This document shows positions 24,501 through 36,000 of a stretch of 64,000 nucleotides of DNA, in pieces. The notes under the pieces are model-generated. The model made no database searches and was not told where the DNA came from. It saw only the letters and a program-made list of their open reading frames with translations. Source of the DNA: Macrostomum lignano (Eukaryota); NCBI GenBank assembly GCA_002269645.1, contig NIVC01000639.1:166972-230971 (forward strand). The letters are read 5' to 3'. A program made the position numbers and the translations under genes. How positions within the stretch are numbered: the stretch's first letter is position 1; every line of letters starts with the position of its first letter.

Positions 24501-25035
24501 TTTATCTGTGACATGTATCTCGTAGTACCTGCATGCTAAAACATAAACTGATCATGAATTGCTATATAAGTTATATTATAATTATATCATATATTTAATT
24601 TTATTGATATAAATTTTAATAGGTGCTATCCAAATGTCCAACCTGCTGCTCAGTTTTGAAGAGACCCTTTCTCTGAAACGCTGGATATTTCTATTTTTTT
24701 CTTTAATTTTTGAGTACTAATAATATGAACTACAAAGTGCTCACTTTCTATAACTAATACTAATATATATTGATATTAAATAGCTACAGATTTTAACGCG
24801 AACACAGCTCATAAAAGCAGTTTTTAGGCGATTTCACACAAAGGAAGCGGCTAATTTCGAGTACATAAATTAATTATGCTAGCTAATTAACATAATTAGG
24901 CATAACTGGTCAGGACAAACCGATTTCATTTTAGGAAAATATTCCCCTAGCAGCTGAGGTGTTCCTCTATCACACTGCAGTGGTCATTTTATTGGGCATT
25001 TTTTTACCCCGAAATCTTATTCCAGCCCAACCGTG
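21579..25035 (+). mobile_element. Complete Transib/RAG1-like DNA transposon (3,457 bp)
   Basis: Termini CACGGTT...AACCGTG; 226-bp TIRs at 21579-21804 and 24810-25035 (4 mismatches seen); 5-bp TSD GCTGC at 21574-21578 and 25036-25040; one intact 680-aa ORF. Confidence 0.88.
22163..24205 (+). CDS. RAG1/Transib/Chapaev-related DDE transposase with N-terminal Cys-rich zinc-binding region and AT-hook
   Basis: LGLDGGGG (first D), VTDMKLANILCGLQ..CPYC (second D plus CxxC), TPKVHVLLCH (HxxxxH) and SEQAVESAH (E). The order parallels RAG1 D600/D708/C727-C730/H937-H942/E962. N-terminal CLLC, CDGC, HCSCELC, FICSFC, plus RPGRPRK. Confidence 0.85.
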   Translation: MPNAKKSHEECRESLCLLCLRKASRSIWSVANFSAEDLVPNFASVQHILPTGLCDGCRRIISSLSGPAPRELPPRLNYEQMVADLQSLPPSTRNNPHCSCELCELARSKNSSKLTTSVSSYSTGAAASRPGRPRKHPLSAADAAQPQFICSFCRSEIGRGKKHNCSRATRLTNLQQGVSPDTQDMLASSCISTKAAASGSSCVSLSRMEGGRPMRVTVGASVGNGATSFPATSISTMKTLKGVLNLSNNQTLQVAQVLRAGASSSRAVESRLKDSLVTQNRVLEDFFKLKTLQFELSSSAIGDRAAVLCTDASRLIEFIVQQRGASNFECRLGLDGGGGFFKICVSVVASTSDHQVHGGAAAVHESVRRHSQFNDAGVKKIIVLAIVNDISETYKNVKTLLQAVSVVELSAVTVTDMKLANILCGLQPHSCAHPCPYCESTAPLTTSGRPRTLGRIRQKVQEFNSAGRVWSRAKQFMNCVNLPLLAGDDDEEVLMLLPPPELHLLLGISNKLLDSLNEAWGEDRGFAWLQSHGIVRAGYRGGTMEGNACRKLLLMAEVLLEDVPHELQPFAQCLICFNSVVNGAFGQELVPDFGERIENFGAAYLALGLTVTPKVHVLLCHVSDFCHRTGRALGTCSEQAVESAHSDFQRTWQRYRLPADHPQFGNRLLQATVAYNSWHI

Positions 25036-25241
25036 GCTGCAGTTTGGCTTGCATCATTTTTTTCTTTTTAAAGGAGATTCCATAGAAACGCATGGCTCAC
25101 AGACCACCCGTGTGTTTGCACCGGTGTAAGGCCAGTGCAAATGGAAGTGTGCGCTTGCACTTTTGCCCGATTATGACGCCACTACGCCAGCACGAATCCA
25201 TTGGCAGTTGCGCTCTCTTACGCAGGTCCTAAACCAGCATG

Positions 25242-25794
25242 CAGGGGCGTCGCCACCGGGACATGGGGGACATGTCCCCCCCAGTGATAGCTATGGGGGT
25301 GACATCTGCCAATGCTTTGTCCCCTCCCCCACCCAGACTTGTGACTCGTTATGGAAATCGATATTTTTGCTTCCCGGTGAAAAAATATATAGCGCCTGTG
25401 GCACCAAAATGACTCCCTAAAATTATTGACTGCGACGCCAAAGTTAATGACAGTGGTGCTAAAGTTAATGACTGCGGCGCTAAAGTTAATGACTGCGGCG
25501 CTAAAGTTAATGACTGCGGCGCTAAAGATAATGACTGCGGCGCTAAAGTTAATGACTGCGGCGCTAAAGATAATGACTGCGGCGCTAAAGTTAATGACTG
25601 CGGCGCTAAAGTTAATGACTGCGGCGCTAAAGATAATGACTGCGGCGCTAAAATGAATGCCTGTGGTGCTAAACTGAGTGCCTGCGGCGCCAAAGTGAGT
25701 GCTGACAGCACCGATTCTGAAAAGAATGTCCACATACATGCAGAATTATTCGCTTTGAACCCCCCTCACCATAAAGTCCATGGTGACACTCTTG
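25242..25794. mobile_element. hAT-type MITE (553 bp) carrying an internal 21-bp minisatellite
   Basis: Starts CAGGGGCGTCGCCACC and ends GGTGACACTCTTG (degenerate TIR); exact 8-bp TSD CCAGCATG at 25234-25241 and 25795-25802; internal array CTAAAGTTAATGACTGCGGCG at about 25435-25652. Confidence 0.78.
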
Positions 25795-26049
25795 CCAGCA
25801 TGTACATGACGCATGCGTTTGGTCAGTCAATACCGATTGATGATCAGCCTTGCATAATTAAGTACATGACGTGAATCAGTTTCCTGAAAAACTACAGCGA
25901 CAATGACGGTTCACAGTTTTTGCTCTTTGGTACCTTTTAAGTTGTGCTAGTAGGTTTTTAAATTGTTTTTAAACGAATTCAAGGTGGTTGTATACCACCT
26001 AACTAAAGATCTTTTAGTAGTCTTAAAGATAACTAAAGACTGCTAAAAG

Positions 26050-26312
26050 ATCGGGGGTTCGATTTTCGACCCAACTCGGAACAATTTGTGTCCTTGAGCA
26101 AGACACTTAGCTCTCCATTGCTTCAGCTCATCCGCTGTAAAATGAGAGCCAGCATTATAGCTGGTGTACGTAATTGAGGGTGCGTGTGGCGAACCCCAGC
26201 CCTTGGACTGAACAGCCGTACGCAGCCTTCAGATGCGCCCCTCAACACAGCTGCGATTGAGCTGTCGGTTGCACAACTGTCCATAGGGCAGGTGTAATCA
26301 GCTATTATTACA
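26050..26312 (+). mobile_element. CORE-type SINE, probably 5'-truncated
   Basis: B-box-like GGTTCGATT, then GTGTCCTTGAGCAAGACACTTAGCTCTCC...CTCATCCGCTGTAAAATG resembling the MIR/CORE domain, and a (TAT)n-like tail. The 3' part recurs at about 63271-63328. Confidence 0.7.
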
Positions 26313-27837
26313 CGGATTAAAATGATAGATAAAATTGCATGTATATTCTCGCCGTGAAATCAAACATGTACGATGGAGCCCAAACGTCAAGATTCGAGTG
26401 GATATGCTATAGCATGTCACAGTTTCTGATGCAGAGAGAGTATAGCACGCTAGAGCCATCAAAAGATGTAATTATGTGCATCTCTTCCGTATGTTAACAG
26501 TATAGTGTCTGCAGATGAAAACTGAAAATCCAAGGCCAATAACTACTGCTGCCAATCCATCAAAGCTGCGTTGTAAGAGTACAATAAAAGTGTGGATCGT
26601 GGATTGCTCCATAAAGCCTCACTGCACATGGTATATCTGGCATTTCGTAGAGGATCAGGCAGTTCATTCCGCATGTATTTACATGGCACTCACAATATTG
26701 CATCAGCACTAATAAAGCTGTTCCATGCAATCGAGTTGGAGAGCCAATCCTTCAGATTTTGCAACTGCAACGTAAATCCGTTGTGTGAACCCAAATTACA
26801 GCGTACATATAGTTTTGAAATAGAGTATTTCTGTTTTTATTAATTCAAATTAAAATCCTTGAATTTTTGCGTATTGTACCTTTAATGTAACCTCTAGTGT
26901 ACCTTGGCGCATGTAGTCCAGCAGCTCAACTGCCGTAGAACGAATTCGGAGAATGTATTACGCGAGTGTATTTACGCACGTGACAGTAAGAATCTGTTTA
27001 TGCATATTGTAAACATGACCCGGGCATCCATCCTATCGACACAGCCAATGCAATCAAATTAACGGCATATGATGAGAGCTGCTATTTGTATTCATTAGCA
27101 AACCATAACATCAAATGTAAAATTAGTGTCATGACTCACGCCAGTAATGGATGGCAAGCATTTTCATTGGCCTTCAACAACACTGCATGGAGTGTGCGCG
27201 CCATTTTCCTGACCAGCAATTCCTATTCGCGTAATGCATACTGCTTAATTCCTTCATGTACGCATGGTGTACTGCAAGTAGCACTGCAGGGGCTTAAGGA
27301 AATATGATTACAGGTTTGGTTCAAACACCCAATGATTTAATATGCATCATCACTTATTATGACCGGCTGTGGCATTAGCCGGCTGCAACTCATCTGTGCT
27401 TAAAGCTAATATTTATAACAAACCTCTTTGTTACAGTGGGCATGGCAGTATTGCCTGCGCAGCGTATGTACAGAGACACGACACTGCAGGATGAAATTCA
27501 GACTAATTAATATATCAGCTTTCAGACTGGAAAGATTAATAAAATGTTAAATAATAAAACTTGCTAACCATGTACTTAAGAGACAATTATAATCTAAAAT
27601 ATGAGTGCGCAGTCAGGTTGACTAATTATGCAGCCTTCGAGAATCGGGCTTCCGAAAGAAGAATAGCATGTAGCATTCGAGAACTAGGAACAGACACGGA
27701 GCAGTCTAACAGAAACCGGCAGCTAATAATTGGGGCTGAAATAATATTCACCTGGCTAATAATAAAGTCCGTACTCTGTGCAGACAGCGAACATTGCTGG
27801 GCAATGCATTGCCCGAAAATCCCATGGACACCTCGGC

Positions 27838-30800
27838 TTAGGCTGGGGGCAGCAGCTTGGCCAGGAACTCCTTCACGTCCGACATTTCCTGCGGTGCGAT
27901 CGATGGGGACACGGGATCCTGGTGATTGCGATAGCTGACAGAAAGCTGACACACTGAAAGTGCACATGAGACACCCCACACTCACCAGCCTGCAGTGTGC
28001 ATGAGACACCCCACACTCACCAGCCTGCAGTGTGCATGAGACACCCCACACTCACCAGCCTGCAGTGTGCATGAGACACCCCACACTCACCAGCCTGCAG
28101 TGTGCATGAGACACCCCACACTCACCAGCCTGCAGTGTGCATGAGACACCCCACACTCACCAGCCTGCAGTGTGCATGAGACACCCCACACTCACCAGCC
28201 TGCAGTGTGCATGAGACACCCCACACTCACCTGTCTGCAGTGTGCATGAGACACGCCACACTCACCAGCCTGCAGTGTGCATGAGACACCCCACACTCAC
28301 CTGTCTGCAGTGTGCATGAGACACGCCACACTCACCAGCCTGCAGTGGGCATGAGACACCCCACACTCACCAGCCTGCAGTGTGCATGAGACACCCCACA
28401 CTCACCAGCCTGCAGTGTGCATGAGACACCCCACACTCACCAGCCTGCAGTGTGCATGAGACACCCCACACTCACCAGCCTGCATACATGAGCACCCAGT
28501 GTGAGCACAACATGCAGACAATAAAATGTCTGCCTGACTGAAGCCAACAGCATTGAGCTTGGGCCAGACCTCCATATGAAATCAAGATCAAAAGAGCCCA
28601 GATATTCAATAATCAATATTATGCCCGCATATTTCCCTCACACACGGCTTGAGCATCATGCTGCAATTCAGGCGTGCATGGCTGCATCTAAAATCAGTTT
28701 CTCAAGCCTTAGGTAATAAAAATAGAAAAAGTTGCCTCATTTTTGGCTTGAAGCGCCCGCCCAGTGCAGTTGTTAGAATATAGAGGCTTATGAACTGGCC
28801 CACAAGTGACTGGGAGAGGGTGGCAGCGGCCCACAAGTGACTGGGAGGGTGGCAGCGGCCCACAAGTGACTGGGAGGGTGGCAGCGGCCCACTGAGTGAC
28901 TGGGAGGGGATGGCAGCAGCCCACTGAGTGACTGGGAGGGGATGGCAGCAGCCCACTGAGTGACTGGGAGGGGATGGCAGCAGCCCACTGAGTGACTGGG
29001 AGGGGATGGCAGCAGCCCACTGAGTGACTGGGAGGGGATGGCAGCAGCCCACTGAGTGACTGGGAGGGGATAGCAGCAGCCCACTGAGTGACTGGGAGGG
29101 GGAGGGGGAGACCATAAATGTTCGAAGACCGATCTTCATCAAACATTTATGAAGCTGTACAGATAACTATGGGGACTGTTCGGCACACATCTCTGTTATC
29201 AAGACATCTACAAAGACCTGAGAAGCAACTCATGTCAATCCTGGCGGCTCACCTGGTCAGAGGACGAGTGCATGAGCCCCGGGTAGGACTTGAACTGAGC
29301 CTCGCCCACGCCCATCTGCTTGATCAGCTTGTGCGTCATGTCGCCCATGACGAACGGCACCATCTGGTCGCTGTCGCCGTGGCCTTGGAAAACCTGCGGC
29401 TTGTTGACCACCTGGCCGGGACTGGACAGCAGCTTCTGGTGCATCGGCAGCCAGCTGGATAGCGCCACGACCCCGGCCGGGCTAACCTTCGTGCTGGTCA
29501 GGCCGGTGTACAGCGCCAGAGCGCCGCCCATGGAGAAGCCGCCGATGGCCAACCGGCTGGAGGGGATGCCGGCCGCCGTCTCCTCGGCGATGAGCTTCTC
29601 CACCATGTCGCGGCCGCGCTCGATGCCAACTTCGTCCTGCTCGGCATTGGGGCTGAGGCCGCGGATGTCGAACCAGGCCGGCATCCGCATGCCGCCGTTC
29701 AGCGTCACCGGGATGGCGGGCGCGTGCGGGCAGACCAGCTTGCAGTAGGCCGGCACCACCTCCTGCAGAATGGAGGCCCAGCCATGGCCGGTGTCGCCAA
29801 GGCCGTGCAGAAAGATCAGCTGATTCGGGTAGGGTGACAGGTTAGTAAGCTCGAGTTGAATTGAGCTGAGCTGGTTGGATATATCCAAGTTGGAACACAG
29901 CTTGAGCTGGTGACCTAAATACTGACCTGCCTGACCTGTACCTGAAGTTGCCTGACCTACAGCCTAAGCAGCCTGACCTACAACCTTAGCTGCCTGACCT
30001 ACAGCCTAAGCTGCCTGACCTACAACCTTAGCTGCCTGACCTACAACCTTAGCTGCCTGACCTACAACCTTAGCTGCCTGACCTACAGCCTTAGCTGCCT
30101 GACCTACAACCTTAGCTGCCTGACCTACAACCTTAGCTGCCTGACCTACAACCTTAGCTGCCTGACCTACAGCCTAGGCCTATGCTGCTTGACCTACAAT
30201 CCAAGCTGACTGACTTAAAACCTGACTAAACTTGAGGTGCCTAACCTACAAATTAAGCTAGTAACATACCAGCTTAGTAAAACCTATGTTGATTAACATA
30301 CAACCCAAGTTGTCTAAACCACAACCTATAATATAGACAACAAAATAATAAAAGACTATAATAAATTAATAAAATATTGTTTATAAAGGCAAACCTAGTA
30401 TCAAATCAGTTTTTTTTCAGTGCAAGCTCTGCTGATTATTTAATCTAAACCACAGCATTATTCTTAACCAGAATAGTCTCTTCATATATGACTTATAATT
30501 AAAAAAGAATGTTAAAAATCTTTAATCCATAGTGTAAAAGGATCTCTATGTATGATAGATAATAAAGTAAATTTCAGTTTGACTCTTATATGACAATACA
30601 ACAATAGTCAAATAATTTTACTTTAAAAAAAATATTACAACTCTATAAGTAATGTAAATAGTAGTAATGTAACCACTTATTCATGTAGAAAGTCTTGTTG
30701 TGGTTATGAACTTGTGAATACATATAATGTACAATAGCATGACCAATATATACAACCTATTGGAATAAGTTGACAAAATGTAGACAACCGTCCATCACAT

Positions 30801-32133
30801 TTTCAGATACTCCAGATGTTGCATTGCACAACAGTGGTGTCAAGTGGTGTGTTGCATCATGTGACAGTGCTATCTAGCATTGTGCCACATTGCCCAACAC
30901 TGTGGCAACCTGGTGTTGTCATGCGTCATGTTGTGGGACACAACAATGTGGTAACTTGGTGACTAGCCTTGTCATGTGTCACATTGCGGCCTGGATCTGC
31001 AGCCAAAACCTTGCAAATTGCATTTCATTTTAATCCGTTCATGGTTGTTTCTTGGTATTTAAATGTTTCAAAAATGTTTGATAATAACTAGTTCTTGAAT
31101 TGTTTTTTTTATTTTGATAGTAAAGTAACTAATACTTTAAATATAATTTTTAGAAATGTTACTTGTCAGTTATAATGTGTGCTGTTTTTCTAATTGCTGT
31201 ACCTTAGTTGTTTTACTTTTTATTGTTTTTAAATTTCATTTCTTTTTCTGTGAAATTGAAAGGAATAATCTTGTCTCCCACCCCATGGTCTTGGGGCTAG
31301 GACAACTAGTTGGGCAATGTGCAATATGGCTGCTATGGCATTCTCCCCCCCTCCCCTAGTCATTCGGTCAACAGACATTGGTGTCGCATCGCCGTATCAC
31401 CCCCCCCCCCTAGTCAACAAAATGTGTGTTGCATCGCACTTTTGAGGGCACAATTTTGGCACCTGTGTTGCGTGTCCAGATTTTTTATTTTTTCCAATAG
31501 GGTATATATAATAATACAATAGGTAGGGGCCTACAACAAAAGGGCCCTTGCAAAAATGAATGATGTATGATGTATACGATGGCCAGCCTCAGAGTAAAAT
31601 GGAAATTTCCATTGTACAACCATCCTTCTACACTATGGTCTATAATCTATTCTTTATATCAAATGTTTAGTTTTGCTCAGATTTTTATATACTAAAAATA
31701 TTAGTAATCCAACAATATTTTTTATCTAAAATCTAATAAAAAATTTGTCTTGAAAAAAGCTTTTAGCAAATAATGTAGGTGGTGTTATTTTTGTTAGTAA
31801 TGAAAAATTGTAATTGATAAAATGCATGCAAAATCTAATTAATACTAAAGTTGTATTTAATATAGTTTTTGCCTATAAATGTAATTTTGCCATGATTAGA
31901 CAAAACTTTAACGCATATAAAAGTCTCCAAATATCATACGACTACTCTAATAATAAACAAACAGCATTTAAAACATATAACGTGACTAAGACGGACTAGT
32001 CATTGTGATGCACTGCCGCGAGCCCACTCTGCACTGATACCAACAAATCTAAAAAATATTGTTACTAAAATTACAAAGAATAAAGACTCACCGTAGCAGT
32101 GTGTACAGTTGGTTTAATAACTACAGCCGCCAT
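27838..32133 (-). CDS. LYPLA1: Acyl-protein thioesterase / lysophospholipase (APT1/2), 3 exons, 219 aa
   Basis: Exons 32133-32092 (MAAVVIKPTVHTAT), 29819-29253 (LIFLHGLGDTG...GFSMGG...GDSDQMV...LMHSSSDQ) and 27888-27838 (EMSDVKEFLAKLLPPA*). GT-AG junctions are all phase 0, and the Ser-Asp-His triad is present. LYPLA1 versus LYPLA2 cannot be resolved. Confidence 0.93.
27955..28485. repeat. 35-bp minisatellite in LYPLA intron 2
   Basis: Unit TGCAGTGTGCATGAGACACCCCACACTCACCAGCC. Confidence 0.95.
28795..29100. repeat. ~32-bp minisatellite in LYPLA intron 2
   Basis: Unit CCACTGAGTGACTGGGAGGGGATGGCAGCAGC. Confidence 0.93.
29925..30200. repeat. 21-bp minisatellite in LYPLA intron 1
   Basis: Unit CTGACCTACAACCTTAGCTGC. 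Confidence 0.93.
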
Positions 32134-33069
32134 ATCGTCACCTCTTTGCTGTCCTCGAAGCATAAAACAATTTCCCATAGACTTGAATCAATCACCCGCA
32201 ATAATAGTTGTTACTATTTCTTATAAAAATACAAAGTCAAAAAAACTTTTCTAGTCTTTTAAATTTTCTGTTGCCCTGTAATAATTTTTAAACACACATA
32301 ATTTTAAAGTGCACAATAGTAACTTTTTTGCAAAAAAAAACTATTTAATAAAAAAGAAATAATTTGTTGTTTTTTCTGTTTAATTTATCGCGCTTTAAAC
32401 CGGCTTTTTCTTCGAAGAATTTTATTTTTTGATTCGGGCCTGATTTATCAAGATAAAAATTTACTTATAAGTTTCAGACGCCAAATATTTTGTATTTAAC
32501 ACATATTTAGGTATTTTGTGGACCTGCATGCATAGTTTGTTTATTAATTATTTAGTATATCTAATGATAAATTTACCTCAATAAGTTGCACTTAATAGAT
32601 TCGCGCCAGTTTCAGTTTGCAGGCTTGCGCAAAAAAATTATTTTAGCTTAGCAGCGTTAGTTCTAAAATAAAATTTTAGCAACTAGTTACATCAAAATAT
32701 GTTTTTCCAGGAAATGGAACATAAGTACTAAAAAGAGAGGGGCACAAAGAAGCTTTAAATCCTTGCTACTGATTTTTTGCTAGATTAATCATAGCTCCAT
32801 ACCATAGTCAGGAAGGTGGCACAGTGTGCGCCAGAATTATTTTGACAGCTTTTGAGCACTGTGCGCCATGTGCGCCGCCAGAGCATTTCCAATTTTTCCT
32901 TGTATGCCGTGTGCACAGTGTGTGCCAAAAAAGGCCAATTTGCGCCGGAAAATTCACCAAAAACTGCCACCTTCCCAGCTATGGGCTCCATAGTCAGGAT
33001 CATGGCACACCTGCGCCGGAATAAATCCTATCAAAAAAGTTTGCTTGCACCGTGCGTTGGAACTATTTC

Positions 33070-36000
33070 TAGAGCTGTCACGAGATCTCGACGAGACGAG
33101 ATTCGAGACGAGATCTCGACATTTTTTCTCGTCTCGAGAAATCTCGAATTTTGTTAAGAAATTCGGGACGAGATTTAAGAATTTTTCTGATACCTTTTTT
33201 CAAAAACTTTTAAGTGATAAGATATAAAAAGGGGAGCAAATTTTTATATAAATACAACTATTTGTTGTAACACGCTTGATAGGGCAATTTTCAAATGGTA
33301 AAATCTAGCCAATGTCGAGCAGTTTTAGTTATTTAACGAACGTCGTTATATACGAGTTTGCATTGCATATGCGCTCTTTTAGTTATCATTTCAGTTCTGC
33401 GGCAAGGTGTATCACAGCAGACTCGAAGACAATCTGCTTTTGACGAATTACTACCTGACTTTGTACTCGTAAGTAACCTTTAATTAATATATTAATGCAT
33501 GAAGCAAATTTTTAAACATTAAAAATATAATTGTAACTTTTCGTCTTACTGGGTTCATTATTTCTTTCTTTCTGATGGCAGGCACATTTTATTTTTTGAA
33601 AGTTGTAAAAACTGCTGCTGTATACGCAAGGCGCCTGCATTGGCATCAGTCATGTAGGCACATATTATTGCCTTTAATTGGCTTTAACAATATTTAAACT
33701 AGAGATGTTATTGTACAGGTACATGAGTACAGTATGTAGCACATGGAAAATATAAAAAGGTAAAATTATACCTACTGATTACGTATAGAAACATGTAACA
33801 AACTACACGAAGATGGTGAAAGAGAGCAAACAACAAACCTGATGGTGAACATGTAAAGCATAGTTATAAAAAGGTTTATGTAAATGCTTGCGCATTTTAT
33901 AAGTGATTTGATAATATATAATAGATATAAACACTGAGTATCCGCTTGGCAGCTTATGGCACATACACAAGTGATCGAGTATGAGTAAATAAGCATGCTT
34001 TTGTTTTTCTGCATGATTTCGAATCAAAGTTTAATTTTTTAAATAATGTACCAGCGTAAGTATAGTTTCAAATTTCCTATCAAAAGTGCTCAAGCTGCAG
34101 AATGCTAATGGCTAAAACAAACAAATAAAACCATGGTTCTATAAGCTCAACCATACATATAAAACGATGTAAGAGTTTCAAATCTAAAATCTGAACTTTC
34201 TAGGACTCGATCTTGAATTAATGTGAAATTTAGTCACTATTCTCAGTATAGTCAGTCACAAAGAAAAACAGTTGAGTTACTACATCAAATCAGCTGCGGC
34301 ATGTTGCTGGCCAAAAACAGCAGGCGCTCGATATTTTCTCCCTTCAGACTTCGTCTTCTTGGTTCGTAGATTCGGCCAGCCTTTGAAAACAATCGTTCAC
34401 TTGGCACCGACGTCGGTGGGGCACCAAGATAGCGCCGAATGAGAGACTTCAAGTCTGATGGAAGGTTGTCTGAACGCAATTTATTACGCCAATGATCTAG
34501 AGGATCAGAACTCATTGGCAGAAGTTCTGGATTGGCAAAATAGTCGTGAAGTACCTTCGCTGCTTTCCCAGCAGGCATAGGACCTTGGGCCTGAGATGAC
34601 TGAACGATGCCATGAAACTCCTCCAAAAATGACAAACGTTTAGTTTTGCCGGCTCTAGCAGGTTGGTCCTCAGATTCGGCAACAGCGCTGATAGTTTCAT
34701 GGCTGTCGTCCTCAGAGCCAAGATTTTCGACGTTGGCATAGTAGTTCGACTCCTCGTTGCCTGTGTTAGGGAATAGATAGTTTGTGAAACGTAAAGAGCA
34801 TTGGAGTACATACATGTAAAGCCCAAGGACATAAACATTGTAATTTTCTACCACCTTACCTGCCGCTGTAGCCACAGACAAGGTAGGTGGAGCACGCGAT
34901 CCAAGCTCCTGGAGAATGTAGTCCTTGATTATTTCGTGCTGAGAGCTATCAAAGAAAGCCAATTTGAAGCGGCCATCTAAGGCAGTAGAAGCCTGATAGA
35001 ACTCATTTGTCAGGAAGCACTCGAACCTGCTCTTGATTGCATTAATCAATGACCGATGCACACTGCTGATTTGGGCAAAGTCGATCTTGTCCAGCTTACG
35101 TAGCAGCATTCGAATGATAGGAATCAGAACAGATGTTGACTCAGCATCCCGACTCAACTGCTCAGTGGCTTCATCAAGCGGCTCAAGTAGAGTTACTAGC
35201 CTAGCAGAGATGTCAAGCTCATTCTCAGTCAATGCCTGGAGCGTTGTTCCAGAAGAAGCACTGAGCACAGCAGCAACAGCAGCATGCTGTTCATTGTAGC
35301 GACGGAGCATATGCAGAGAAGAATTCCACCGAGTTTCCACATTTTGAATCAGTCGGTTTTTGGGCAGACCTAAAGCCCCCTGGAAATTCTGTAGCTGCTT
35401 TTGTGCTGGATGTGACCGGTCAAAGTGGCCTACAAGGCCCTTTACTTTTTTTATGATGGTCTGCGTCAAGACTCCTTCCTTCAAGGCCTCTTTGACACAG
35501 AGCTGCAGAACATGGCAGGCACAGGAGGCATCCGGAACTTGAAGAAGAGATGCTGCCTTTCGAATGTTGCTGCCCCCATCACGCAGGAGCAGGGTCACAT
35601 GGTCATTAAGCTGAAACTCTTCAATAACATTCAGGAGGATGTTAGAGAGGGCCTCCCCAGTGTGAGCAGACTCGATTGGTGTAGCAGCTAGGACTAAATT
35701 TTTTCGCTCCAAGTCTTGAGTGACGAAGTGCCCTGTCACACTGAGTAAAGCAATGGCCTGATTAGCAGATGACCAGCAGTCGGAAGTGACTGCCACCTCA
35801 ACATCATCAGGCAGCTGCTGTTTGACTGTTTGCTTGGCCAACTCGTACTCTTTTTCTATAAGCTTCTGGTAATAATTTCTTGATTTCAGTTCATATCGAG
35901 GCTCCAAACCAGCAACTAAGCGTTGGAAGCCTAGATCCTCTACAATAGAGACAGGCTGACTGTCCACTGCAATCATTTGGACAATCAGCCTATCAATAGC

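Noticed and set aside
24206-24809. A RAG2-like partner gene inside the RAG1-like transposon
   Set aside because: Only about 600 bp of AT-rich DNA with no substantial ORF lies between the stop and the right TIR.
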